From a virus (Duplodnaviria; Heunggongvirae; Uroviricota; Caudoviricetes): a stretch of DNA of 38,061 nucleotides. Below, piece by piece: positions 8,131 through 16,668 of this stretch. The stretch's first letter is position 1. Each line of letters opens with the position of its first letter. The position numbers and the translations under genes were made by a program. Below the pieces are notes generated by a model. That model was not told the DNA's origin. It saw only the letters and a list, made by a program, of their open reading frames with translations, and did no database searches. Location of the stretch: the IMG/VR virus record IMGVR_UViG_2541047882_000004; one strand, given 5' to 3'.

Positions 8131-8148
8131 CATACGGAGGCTGCCATC

Positions 8149-8514
8149 ATGGCTACAGTCCCAACTTCCCCATACCTGAAAATTGAAGTTGTCAACGGCA
8201 AGGCCGTTATTTTCTCCCTGCATGTTGCCTGCCATTTCAAGCGCATGCACCAGAACATCGTCGACAAAATCGAGTATCTGAACTGCTCACGTGAATTCTT
8301 CTCCCGTAATTTCATTCCGGGCACTTACCACGTGTATGGCGATTCCCTGCGTGGTTATTACATCACCCTTGACGGCCTGATGATGCTTCAGCTTGGGTTA
8401 AGTCTGCGCACAATGCGGTACTACGAGAGCTGTATTGAAGCATTCCATAAGGCAGAAACCAGCCTCAGTCACACCGCTTTTCGCCGTAATCAATGGGAGG
8501 CGCGCCATGTGTAA
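8149..8514 (+). CDS. Rha-family phage regulatory protein
   Basis: 122 aa from ATG 8149 (GGAGG RBS 8 nt upstream); KAVIFSLHVACHFKRMHQNIVDKIEYLNCSREFFSRNF...TLDGLMMLQLGL matches the Rha-domain pattern. The track ORF 7831..8514 is trimmed because its N-terminal part lies in the GC-rich region containing a terminator. Confidence 0.6.
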   Translation: MATVPTSPYLKIEVVNGKAVIFSLHVACHFKRMHQNIVDKIEYLNCSREFFSRNFIPGTYHVYGDSLRGYYITLDGLMMLQLGLSLRTMRYYESCIEAFHKAETSLSHTAFRRNQWEARHV

Positions 8515-8740
8515 TAACCATTATTCAGACACCTCTGTTACGGTAATTAAAACCCTGATGGATGCACTGATTGACATCTCTGTTATCGCAGATATGGCGC
8601 ATAAACACGCCACCAGTGAAACAGAATATGCCGGTGCTTTTGTTCCTCATTCACTGGCTGTCATGCAAATTAGCGCCGACCAGGCGCTGGAAACAGCCAG
8701 CAAAATGCTCATGGCTGATGTGCAGGAGGAGCGCCCATGA
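8507..8740 (+). CDS. Hypothetical phage protein (77 aa)
   Basis: Track ORF 8435..8740 trimmed to ATG 8507 (GGGAGG RBS 6 nt upstream); overlaps the Rha stop. Confidence 0.5.
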   Translation: MCNNHYSDTSVTVIKTLMDALIDISVIADMAHKHATSETEYAGAFVPHSLAVMQISADQALETASKMLMADVQEERP

Positions 8741-8961
8741 TTCGTCGCATCGTTAATTCCCTGTATCACCGATACAACCGTTGCCCCCGTGTGGGGCAGT
8801 GGTTCGCCACCAGCAACGGTCACGTTCTGCGGGTTTGCCTGGTCAGTACCGAAAGCCAGAAAGTCGTGTGTGAATTACTGGGGCGTAACTACACCATCAG
8901 TTACCCACTGGTGGCGTTTCAGTCCGGAAAAATGTTTAAACGCCTGGGAGGTGCCGTGTGA
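8737..8961 (+). CDS. Hypothetical phage protein (74 aa)
   Basis: Track ORF; AGGAGG RBS; start overlaps the upstream stop (ATGA). Confidence 0.5.
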   Translation: MIRRIVNSLYHRYNRCPRVGQWFATSNGHVLRVCLVSTESQKVVCELLGRNYTISYPLVAFQSGKMFKRLGGAV

Positions 8962-9950
8962 GTCGTTACGCTCCAACACCGGAAGTTATGGCTATTGGTC
9001 AAATTAATATTTCCGGCAATGTCACACCAGCGAACTGGTGGAAACATATTCGGCTACCCAGTGGTCGTCCGGATGCGACCGCTATCGCCCTGCTCTCAGA
9101 GATCGTTTACTGGTACCGCCCGACAGAAGTCAGGGATGAACATACCGGGGCTTTGCTGGGATATCGCAAGCGTTTTCAGGGGGACAAGCTGCAAAGAAGT
9201 TATCAGGCGTTTGCTGAGCAGTTTGGTTTCGGGAAAAGGGAAACCGCAGATGCGTTGAAGCGCCTTCGTGATGCCGGGTTTATTTCCCTGGATTTACGCA
9301 CTGTGGAAATGCTCGATGGTGTGAAATGCAGCAATATTTTGTTTGTCGGGATCAACCCACAGGCAATTGCTGCCATTACTACTCCTTCTTCTGTTTCGCC
9401 AGAAAGTAACAGCAATAACGCAATCAGCGATACAGCTATTACGTTAAAACGGAACACCCCCCAACGTCATAACGGAACAGGGGATACGCCGAATGTTGAT
9501 ACAAATACAGAGATTACTACAGAGATTACAACGGAGACTAAAAACACTATTGGCGCATCCGCTGACGCGTCTGCACCAGCGCGTTCTGCCCGACAGGAAT
9601 ATTCACCGGAATTTGAACAGGCCTGGCAGGAATATCCCAAACGTGCTGGTGGTAATTCCAAGTCGGCAGCCTTCAAAGCCTGGAAAGCCCGTCTCAGGGA
9701 GGGAATAAAACCGGAGACCATGCTTGATGGCGTGAAGCGGTATGCCGCCTGGGTACGTGCTACAGGAAATACCGGCACACAGTTCGTGAAGCAGGCTGCG
9801 ACGTTCTTTGGACCCGATCGTCACTTCGAAGAATTCTGGCAACAGCCAGCCGCTCCCGGAGGTGGGCGACAGCGACAGGTCGATGTCCTGGCTGGCCTGG
9901 GAGCCATGTCTGACAAATTCGGTAAATCCAGTGACAAACTGACATTCTGA
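8958..9950 (+). CDS. Replication initiation protein (O-like) with conserved phage C-terminal domain
   Basis: 330 aa; GTG start with GGAGGTG RBS; C-terminal motif EFEQAWQEYPKRAGGNSKSAAFKAWKARL typical of phage replication initiators; internal Thr/Glu/Ile repeats coincide with DNA iterons. Confidence 0.7.
   Translation: MSRYAPTPEVMAIGQINISGNVTPANWWKHIRLPSGRPDATAIALLSEIVYWYRPTEVRDEHTGALLGYRKRFQGDKLQRSYQAFAEQFGFGKRETADALKRLRDAGFISLDLRTVEMLDGVKCSNILFVGINPQAIAAITTPSSVSPESNSNNAISDTAITLKRNTPQRHNGTGDTPNVDTNTEITTEITTETKNTIGASADASAPARSARQEYSPEFEQAWQEYPKRAGGNSKSAAFKAWKARLREGIKPETMLDGVKRYAAWVRATGNTGTQFVKQAATFFGPDRHFEEFWQQPAAPGGGRQRQVDVLAGLGAMSDKFGKSSDKLTF
9507..9542. repeat. Tandem 12 bp iteron-like repeats inside the initiator gene (candidate ori)
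   Basis: ACAGAGATTACT / ACAGAGATTACA / ACGGAGACTAAA in tandem, followed by an A-rich stretch. Confidence 0.35.
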
Positions 9951-9960
9951 GGTGACAGCG

Positions 9961-10839
9961 ATGATGACGTTTAACCTGCGTGAACAACAAAAAAGACTAC
10001 AGGCGCGAATGGATGAGTTACGGGCAGAGATTGCATTTGCTCAGAAGGGCGAAAAGCCATGGCCTTATCGTTCCTGCCTGATGCGTGAAGGCCGCGGATA
10101 TTGCGAAAAACACGGTAAATACAGTACGCATATACTGGTGTGGAGCGATCGTAATGGCGAGGACAGAGAAAAAATTTCATGCTGCCCTGACTGCTTGATC
10201 GCTGAGGCCAACGATTTGACCATGGAGCTGTCGTCCCTCAAGGCGGAAGAGCTGACTGATAACGCCGGAATTGCCCTGCGTTTTCGGGACTGTGAGTTTG
10301 ATAACTATCTGGAGGTTAATCCTGACGCAGCCAGAAATCTTGCAGCCTGTCGCCGCTATGCGGAGAACTGGCCAGATATGCTGGAGAACGGTACCAGTCT
10401 TGTTATGACCGGCAGTTGCGGTACCGGGAAAAATCATCTGGCGGTATCAATGGCAAAACACATCATCCGTAACTATCTGGCCAGTGTGGAGATCACCGAC
10501 GTGATGCGCCTTACCCGTGCTGTGAAAAACTGCTGGCGGAATGACAGCGAAAAAACAGCGGATGAAGTTATTGAGCATTATGCGTCAATGGATTTGCTGA
10601 TCATCGACGAAGTTGGTGTTCAGTTTGGCAGCGCGGCTGAAATGGCTATTTTGCAGGAAATTATCAATGCCCGGTACGAAAGTATCCTGCCCACCATCCT
10701 GATCAGCAACCTTTCACCGGAAGAGTTGTGGGCGTTCATCAGCCCCCGCATTGCCGACAGGATCACAGACGGGGGGCGCAACTGGTTGTCGTTCAACTGG
10801 CCCAGCTACCGTTCTCGTATCAGAGGTGTGGCTGCATGA
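9961..10839 (+). CDS. DnaC/IstB-like AAA+ helicase loader
   Basis: Walker A GSCGTGKNHLA and Walker B LLIIDEVG; N-terminal Cys cluster (C...C...CC..C). Start set at ATG 9961 (GGTGA RBS); the track ORF starts at GTG 9952. Confidence 0.8.
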   Translation: MMTFNLREQQKRLQARMDELRAEIAFAQKGEKPWPYRSCLMREGRGYCEKHGKYSTHILVWSDRNGEDREKISCCPDCLIAEANDLTMELSSLKAEELTDNAGIALRFRDCEFDNYLEVNPDAARNLAACRRYAENWPDMLENGTSLVMTGSCGTGKNHLAVSMAKHIIRNYLASVEITDVMRLTRAVKNCWRNDSEKTADEVIEHYASMDLLIIDEVGVQFGSAAEMAILQEIINARYESILPTILISNLSPEELWAFISPRIADRITDGGRNWLSFNWPSYRSRIRGVAA

Positions 10840-12227
10840 CAACACCAGTCTGGCGTAACGATGATCTGGAAGGCGCTGTCATTGGCGCGTTCTTTCTGCG
10901 TGGGGCAGATCATGAAGTGATGGATATTCTGGCCACATTGCCGGCAGACGTTTTTTCTGTACGAGCGTATCGGGATATCTACACAGGCATCTGCAGACAG
11001 GCCCGTGTTTCAGGTGTGATTGATCCTGTGCTGTTGTGTAATGAGATGCCGGAACTTGCTCCGGTGATTACTGATACCGGGCGTAAAACCTGGGTGAAGT
11101 CTTCACTGGAGCACTATGTTACGGCGTTGCGTCGCAATGCTGCATTGCGTGATGCAGAAAAAACACTTAATGAGGCGTTGCAGAAATTACGTGATGCGCA
11201 TACCTGTGAAGCAGCTGAAGATGCCCTGAAGGATGCGCAGAACATGATGGCCTCATTGTCGACGGAAAAGGGCATTATTCAGCCGGTACATATTGATGAT
11301 GTGCTTCCGGAGGTGGTTGAGCGTGTTGAATGCCGGAATCAGGGGCTGGAGAAATCCAGGACGTTGATGACCGGTATTGATGAACTGGACGCAAAAACAG
11401 GCGGCATGGAGCCCGGCGACCTGGTATTTATTGCGGCTCGTCCGTCAATGGGCAAAACCGAACTGGCGCTGGATATCATCGACAAGGTGACTGAGCAGGG
11501 GCATGGTGTTCTTCTGTTCACAATGGAAATGGCGAACATCCAGATTGGTGAACGCATGGTATCTGCGGCTGGAGGAATGCCGGTATCACGCCTGAAATCT
11601 GTCACTCACTTTGAAGACGAAGACTGGGCACGTTTCTCTCAAGGGGTGGGGCGGATGACCGGGCGCAATATCTGGATGGTGGACCAGGCGAACCTGAGCA
11701 TTGACGAGATATGCGCAACAACGAAACACCACCTGATTAAACATCCGGAAACGGCGCTGGTGGTGGTTGATTATCTCGGGCTGATAAAAACCCGAACCAC
11801 GGGGCGTCATGACCTTGCCGTTGGTGAAATCTCAAAGGGGCTTAAAGGCCTGGCAAAATCCGGTGGTTTTCCGTTGATTGCGCTGAGCCAGCTTTCCCGT
11901 GGTGTGGAGTCCAGACCCAATAAACGCCCCATGAACTCAGACCTGAAAAATTCCGGAGAAATAGAGGCGGATGCTGACATCATTCTGATGCTTTACAGGG
12001 ATGAAGTGTACAACCCGGATACGCAGGCCAGGGGCATCGCAGAAATCAATATCACGAAACAACGTAACGGTTCTCTGGGGACGATTTACCGGCGTTTTTA
12101 TAACGGACATTTTCTGCCTGTGGATCAGGAAAGCGCACAGATTCTTTCCACCCCAATGCAGCAACCCCAGCCGCGCAGATACAGCAACAAACGAACTGAC
12201 AGCAGTAAGATGGAGCGTTTATTTTGA
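10836..12227 (+). CDS. DnaB-like replicative DNA helicase
   Basis: Walker A AARPSMGKTELALD and DnaB-type C-terminal domain. Start set at ATG 10836, overlapping the loader stop (ATGA); the track ORF 10728.. is an upstream extension. Confidence 0.9.
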   Translation: MTTPVWRNDDLEGAVIGAFFLRGADHEVMDILATLPADVFSVRAYRDIYTGICRQARVSGVIDPVLLCNEMPELAPVITDTGRKTWVKSSLEHYVTALRRNAALRDAEKTLNEALQKLRDAHTCEAAEDALKDAQNMMASLSTEKGIIQPVHIDDVLPEVVERVECRNQGLEKSRTLMTGIDELDAKTGGMEPGDLVFIAARPSMGKTELALDIIDKVTEQGHGVLLFTMEMANIQIGERMVSAAGGMPVSRLKSVTHFEDEDWARFSQGVGRMTGRNIWMVDQANLSIDEICATTKHHLIKHPETALVVVDYLGLIKTRTTGRHDLAVGEISKGLKGLAKSGGFPLIALSQLSRGVESRPNKRPMNSDLKNSGEIEADADIILMLYRDEVYNPDTQARGIAEINITKQRNGSLGTIYRRFYNGHFLPVDQESAQILSTPMQQPQPRRYSNKRTDSSKMERLF

Positions 12228-12481
12228 ACAACCAGACAATGACGTTTACCCCTGAACAACTACGTAAACAGGCACAGGAAATGTTGCGACAGGCGGAACA
12301 ACTGGAAAAAACAGGTGTAACAAAAGATGCCATTCGTCGGGATATGGTGCCGGCGCTCAGGGAACTGATGCAGGCGAAACATCGCGCACAAAAAGCAGTG
12401 GATGAGCTGGTGGATTGTGTGGCGGAGCTGGAAACCAAAGTTGGAAAGTTTGAAAAGCTGGTGCAGGAGGTACTGCGCTGA
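12224..12481 (+). CDS. Hypothetical coiled-coil protein (85 aa)
   Basis: Track ORF with predicted helical, charged sequence; start is TTG (GGAG RBS) or the ATG at 12239. Confidence 0.45.
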   Translation: MNNQTMTFTPEQLRKQAQEMLRQAEQLEKTGVTKDAIRRDMVPALRELMQAKHRAQKAVDELVDCVAELETKVGKFEKLVQEVLR

Positions 12482-12828
12482 TGCGTGATATGTACGAAGT
12501 TTTAGATCGTTGGGGGGCTTGGGCTGCAGCAGAAAATAGTGGTGTCGACTGGCAGCCGATAGCGGCTGGTTTCAAGGGGCTTCTACCACACGGTAAAAAG
12601 TCACGTCTCCAGTGCGATGATGATGAAGGAATTATGATTGATGGATGTGTGGCCCGGTTGCGGAAATATAAACCAGAAGAATATGAGCTGATCATTGCTC
12701 ACTTTGTTATTGGTGTTTCTCTACGCTCAATCGCGAAGAAACGCAGGTGCTCAGATGGAACTATAAGAAAGGAGCTGCAAACTGCATTAGGCTTTATTGA
12801 TGGATGTAGATGCTTGATTCTATCATAG
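12481..12828 (+). CDS. Q-like late-gene antiterminator
   Basis: 115 aa; MRDMYEVLDRWGAWAA...IAAGFKGLL...CDDDEG...CSDG matches the Q-antiterminator family pattern as I recall it from E. coli cryptic prophages; GGAGGTA RBS. Confidence 0.7.
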   Translation: MRDMYEVLDRWGAWAAAENSGVDWQPIAAGFKGLLPHGKKSRLQCDDDEGIMIDGCVARLRKYKPEEYELIIAHFVIGVSLRSIAKKRRCSDGTIRKELQTALGFIDGCRCLILS

Positions 12829-12840
12829 CTATGGCTGTCA

Positions 12841-13227
12841 CTACTCATTTACTTGAGCTTTCGATTCGGCGTCAGATAAAGCATCAATACGAATGTTTAT
12901 GTTTTTTAATAGCTTGTTGTCTAGATCGATAAGACATTGGTTGTAGTGCGCAATTTGGTCTGGTGTTAGGTTAGGGTTGGCCAGGCAGTTCGTGATGAAT
13001 TTTCTGGCCGTTTTTATTTCCCTTTTCATTCTTACATCATTAAGCGTAGGCAAACCTAGGTAAGCGATAAGAAGAATTACCACGTGAGATAAGCCGACAG
13101 CAGCTCCAGGCGCTAATGATTTGAAGAAGGCTAATTGAGGAAGCCAGTCAAAAAGGAAATTCAATCCCGCAGTGATAAGGGTGGTAAACCATGCCTGCAT
13201 TGCCAGGTAGGATTTAGTGTTAGCCAT
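12841..13227 (-). CDS. Membrane protein (128 aa), unknown function
   Basis: Two or three predicted N-terminal transmembrane helices and a C-terminal helical domain; last gene of a three-gene minus-strand cassette. Confidence 0.6.
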   Translation of the reverse strand: MANTKSYLAMQAWFTTLITAGLNFLFDWLPQLAFFKSLAPGAAVGLSHVVILLIAYLGLPTLNDVRMKREIKTARKFITNCLANPNLTPDQIAHYNQCLIDLDNKLLKNINIRIDALSDAESKAQVNE

Positions 13228-13473
13228 TCACCTTCCTGCACTTGCTTCGTTGCGAGTTTTGAGTTCGCGTAACAGTAACGCCAACTGTTCTGCGTCATTT
13301 TCGTTTCTAACGCTGACTTTCCTTTTAGCGGTTCTGCCTTCAGGATCGGTGTAGGTTAGTTCAATGTACGCATTCGGCTTTACCCAAACCAAGAACCTAA
13401 GCACAGCATATCTGACCATCGCTGCGACAGCCATGAATACAGTGATGTAAAGCATAATGCTTAGGATTGACAT
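13228..13473 (-). CDS. Small membrane protein (81 aa), unknown function
   Basis: N-terminal transmembrane helix (LSIMLYITVFMAVAAMV); tightly packed between neighbours, 3 nt from the upstream stop. Confidence 0.55.
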   Translation of the reverse strand: MSILSIMLYITVFMAVAAMVRYAVLRFLVWVKPNAYIELTYTDPEGRTAKRKVSVRNENDAEQLALLLRELKTRNEASAGR

Positions 13474-13476
13474 GAT

Positions 13477-14355
13477 TTAAAGTAGTTTCCTATCTGCCGC
13501 CGCTCTGTGGCGTATAACCTTAGTAATACTATAGCGTGGTTTAGACAGCGCGCCATTTGTTTCTTTTGTTGTTTCTGTCAGTTCTACAACAAAAAGATCA
13601 CCCTTACAGAATGCTGCTTGGTTGTGTTCAACCCGTTCAAGAAAAGCCTCATCTTTCATAGATGCGCTAACTTCTTCGCCATTTGGCAGGATGATATCCC
13701 AGCTTTTGCCTTGCTTGAATCGAACATTAGCAAAATGTACATTAGCTTGGCGTGTCGTTACGTGCGTTTTCTCGACAAAGGTGGATTTTGCAGTTTTAAA
13801 ACTTGCTGCTTCAGCTTGCGTCACCCTGACTACCTTATGCTTCTGCTGTGAAACTGAGAACGTGGATGGTTTTTCAGTCTGCAGGGGTTTATAGATTAAT
13901 TTATCCAGTTCTTTTCGGATGATTGGACTGGTTATTAATTTTTGAATGTCGTTACTGCATTTAACCTTCTCACCATCCACTTCGATTTCTGCTGTATCTT
14001 TTTGTTCATCGACGACAATGGAGCTGATTTTACGCCCTTTGAGCCATTCGATTATCCCGAGTACGCCGCCTGCGGCAACTCCACCACCAGCAACGAGGCC
14101 AAGAGCGTTAATAGTTTTTATGCTTCCCATCACAGCAACAAGCAAAGTAAATGAACCTTCTTTTGTTGCCTTGATGTTGACTTTCGGCTCTGCTGTTTCG
14201 CCATTAATTATTTTTTCGGCATGTTCAATCAGGGCACTAAGAGAGGTTAAGGCTTCGCCTAATGTTTTGGCGTCGATCTGATTATCTGCGTATGCCTCTC
14301 CACCGTAGGCAATTTCGATTTCTGTTATTGGCATGTTTTCGAGCTGCTGTGCCAT
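13477..14355 (-). CDS. Hypothetical protein (292 aa) with central Gly-rich hydrophobic segment
   Basis: Track ORF 13477..14388 trimmed to ATG 14355 (AAGGA RBS 8 nt upstream); central LLVAVMGSIKTINALGLVAGGGVAAGGVLGIIEWL segment; no family recognised. Confidence 0.6.
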   Translation of the reverse strand: MAQQLENMPITEIEIAYGGEAYADNQIDAKTLGEALTSLSALIEHAEKIINGETAEPKVNIKATKEGSFTLLVAVMGSIKTINALGLVAGGGVAAGGVLGIIEWLKGRKISSIVVDEQKDTAEIEVDGEKVKCSNDIQKLITSPIIRKELDKLIYKPLQTEKPSTFSVSQQKHKVVRVTQAEAASFKTAKSTFVEKTHVTTRQANVHFANVRFKQGKSWDIILPNGEEVSASMKDEAFLERVEHNQAAFCKGDLFVVELTETTKETNGALSKPRYSITKVIRHRAAADRKLL

Positions 14356-14622
14356 CAAAAGCATCCTTTGCGAAAGATAAATAGCCACAGGATACAGATA
14401 ATTATGAAAAAATCACTAACGCGTACGCAAAAAATATCTTAATCTGTTAAGAGTGGTTACTTCGCCACACAGCTTAAACCCGCCGCCGGGCGTTTTTTCT
14501 ATACCTGAAAAACGGCACAGGACGTTAAATGCGCTGGTGGTTGCGAATACGAGGCTTTCAGCTTGCTGGCTTTTTCGACAAGAGTTATTGGTATGTCACG
14601 TTAACCAGAAAAGGGAAAAGAC

Positions 14623-14820
14623 ATGCTAAAACAGCAGGATATGACCGAAACTGCCAGAGTGGTGTTTAATGAATTAAGCGTCACCGAACCGGCGACCGTC
14701 GGGGAAATTGCGCAGAATACTTACCTTTCACGCGAACGCTGCCAGTTAATACTGACTCAGCTTGTTATGGCGGGTCTGGCAGATTATCAGTTCGGTTGTT
14801 ACAGACGCCTTCCGCAGTGA
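14623..14820 (+). CDS. Small winged-helix/HTH-like DNA-binding protein (65 aa)
   Basis: AAGGGAAAAG RBS; PATVGEIAQNTYLSRERCQLILTQLVMAGL resembles a winged-helix recognition region; sits upstream of the methyltransferase. Confidence 0.45.
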   Translation: MLKQQDMTETARVVFNELSVTEPATVGEIAQNTYLSRERCQLILTQLVMAGLADYQFGCYRRLPQ

Positions 14821-14970
14821 AGGCTTTTTTATTTGTGGTAATGGGCGGCTGGTGGGTGTTAGCGGCACCTGCCAGCCATCTGCTCATGCGTTGTGGTCAC
14901 AAGCAAACCTCAGGCCCATCTGCTTTGCGCAAAAGCGGTATGAGCCTATCAGAGAAGTGCTTATTGATCT

Positions 14971-16011
14971 ATGGCTAATACTGTAAAAATATCCAGTTGT
15001 GAGTTAATCAACGCTGATTGCCTGGAATTTATCCAGACCTTACCGGAAAACTCTGTCGATCTGATAGTCACAGACCCGCCATACTTTAAAGTGAAGCCCG
15101 AGGGCTGGGATAACCAGTGGAAAGGTGACGATGATTACCTGAAATGGCTGGACCAGTGTCTGGCGCAATTCTGGCGGGTACTGAAGCCTGCCGGAAGTCT
15201 CTACCTGTTCTGTGGTCATCGCCTGGCATCTGATATCGAAATCATGATGCGTGAGCGCTTTAATGTGCTGAACCACATTATCTGGGCGAAGCCGTCCGGA
15301 CGCTGGAACGGATGCAACAAGGAAAGCCTGCGGGCGTATTTCCCTGCAACAGAACGCATTCTGTTTGCAGAACATTATCAGGGGCCATACCAGCCCAAAA
15401 ATGACGGCTATGCGGCAAAGGGACGCGAGCTAAAACAGCACGTCATGGCCTCGCTGATTTCTTACTTTCGTGATGCGCGTGAATCACTGGGAATAACGTC
15501 AAAACAGATAGCGGAAGCCACCGGAAAGAAAAATATGGCTTCGCACTGGTTTGGTGCCAGTCAGTGGCAGTTACCGAACGAAGCTGATTACAGAAAACTG
15601 CAGGCATTGTTTGCGCGTGTTGCAGCAGAAAAGCATCAGCGCGGGGAACTGGAAAAGCCACACCACCAGCTGGTCAGCACATACAGTGAACTGAACCGGC
15701 AATACGCCAGCCTGCTGGAAGAGTACAAATCCCTGCGGCGTTATTTTTCCGTATCGGCAGCTGTTCCTTATACGGATGTCTGGACGCATAAACCTGTACA
15801 GTTTTATCCGGGCAAACATCCCTGTGAAAAACCGGCGGATATGTTGCGGCAGATAATTAACGCCAGTAGCCGTCCCGGTGATTTGGTCGCTGACTTTTTT
15901 ATGGGGTCTGGCTCAACAATAAAAGCAGCACTTTCGCTGGGGCGTCGTGCGGTTGGCGTGGAACTGGAAGAAGAGAGATTTAATCAGACTGTAAGTGAAA
16001 TAAAAAAATAG
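14971..16011 (+). CDS. Orphan DNA methyltransferase (beta-class amino-methyltransferase, N6-adenine or N4-cytosine)
   Basis: Motif IV DPPY near the N-terminus and AdoMet motif I FFMGSGST near the C-terminus (beta-class order); no restriction endonuclease partner adjacent. Confidence 0.85.
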   Translation: MANTVKISSCELINADCLEFIQTLPENSVDLIVTDPPYFKVKPEGWDNQWKGDDDYLKWLDQCLAQFWRVLKPAGSLYLFCGHRLASDIEIMMRERFNVLNHIIWAKPSGRWNGCNKESLRAYFPATERILFAEHYQGPYQPKNDGYAAKGRELKQHVMASLISYFRDARESLGITSKQIAEATGKKNMASHWFGASQWQLPNEADYRKLQALFARVAAEKHQRGELEKPHHQLVSTYSELNRQYASLLEEYKSLRRYFSVSAAVPYTDVWTHKPVQFYPGKHPCEKPADMLRQIINASSRPGDLVADFFMGSGSTIKAALSLGRRAVGVELEEERFNQTVSEIKK

Positions 16012-16186
16012 TCGTTAAATACGAATATCACTTATTTCTAAACTTCAGGAAAAATAAGAAGCTATACGTATATTTGCAAATGTTGGCGCAATTTTTATTG
16101 AGAAAATAACTGCCCTCATTATTATTTGCTCCGGTTCTGAGGGGAACTCCTGTTCATCGGTGATATCGCTCCCCCGAAGAACCAAT

Positions 16187-16262
<76 letters not shown>

Positions 16263-16265
16263 TAT

Positions 16266-16337
<72 letters not shown>

Positions 16338-16597
16338 CTAACAGTAGACGATGCCAGGCTGTGTTGGGCACTGACACATTTTATGTGGGGCGTTTTTCCT
16401 GACTCCTTACCTCGCCCTGTACTGTAATGAGTGATATCGGTTGCAGCACCAGTGCCATTTTTTACGCCACCGGAATGGTGCATTATTGGTAGAGATTTGC
16501 AATGTCTCTGGCAGGGGGCTGGTAATGCATCATTCCGATGTTGTAAACATCGCTCAGATAACGTTGAAATCAATCAAACCCAGGAAATACATCCTTA

Positions 16598-16622
16598 ACC
16601 GCCGCACCAGGCGGTTTTTTTA
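16598..16622 (+). terminator. Intrinsic terminator downstream of the tRNA region
   Basis: Stem ACCGCC/GGCGGT (16598-16615) with loop GCACCA, followed by TTTTTTT. Confidence 0.5.
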
Positions 16623-16642
16623 TTCACAATCCTGTTTCTTAT

Positions 16643-16668
16643 GGCTCGCTACGGCGGGCCTTTTTTAT
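16643..16668 (+). terminator. Second tandem intrinsic terminator
   Basis: Stem GGCTCGC/GCGGGCC with loop TACG, followed by TTTTTT. Confidence 0.4.

Noticed and set aside
7831-8514. 227 aa track ORF suggesting a long Rha-like protein starting near 7831
   Set aside because: The first ~106 codons lie in a GC-rich segment that is open in three frames and contains a promoter-like element and an intrinsic terminator; the Rha-like domain begins at ATG 8149 with its own GGAGG RBS. Kept as a 122 aa gene.
10728-10835. Upstream extension of the DnaB-like ORF (track start 10728)
   Set aside because: It overlaps the DnaC-like gene in another frame; the conserved helicase N-terminus begins at ATG 10836, which overlaps the loader stop.
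12052-12695. Minus-strand ORFs of 128 and 112 aa overlapping the helicase, coiled-coil and Q genes
   Set aside because: Antisense to a contiguous, well-supported plus-strand operon; Cys/Ser-rich translations.
14476-14498. Possible intrinsic terminator or tR'-like element (AAACCCGCCGCCGGGCGTTTTTT) upstream of the methyltransferase operon
   Set aside because: The GC stem is only 4-5 bp and its register is ambiguous; a late promoter/terminator pair here is speculative without transcript data, so it was not annotated.
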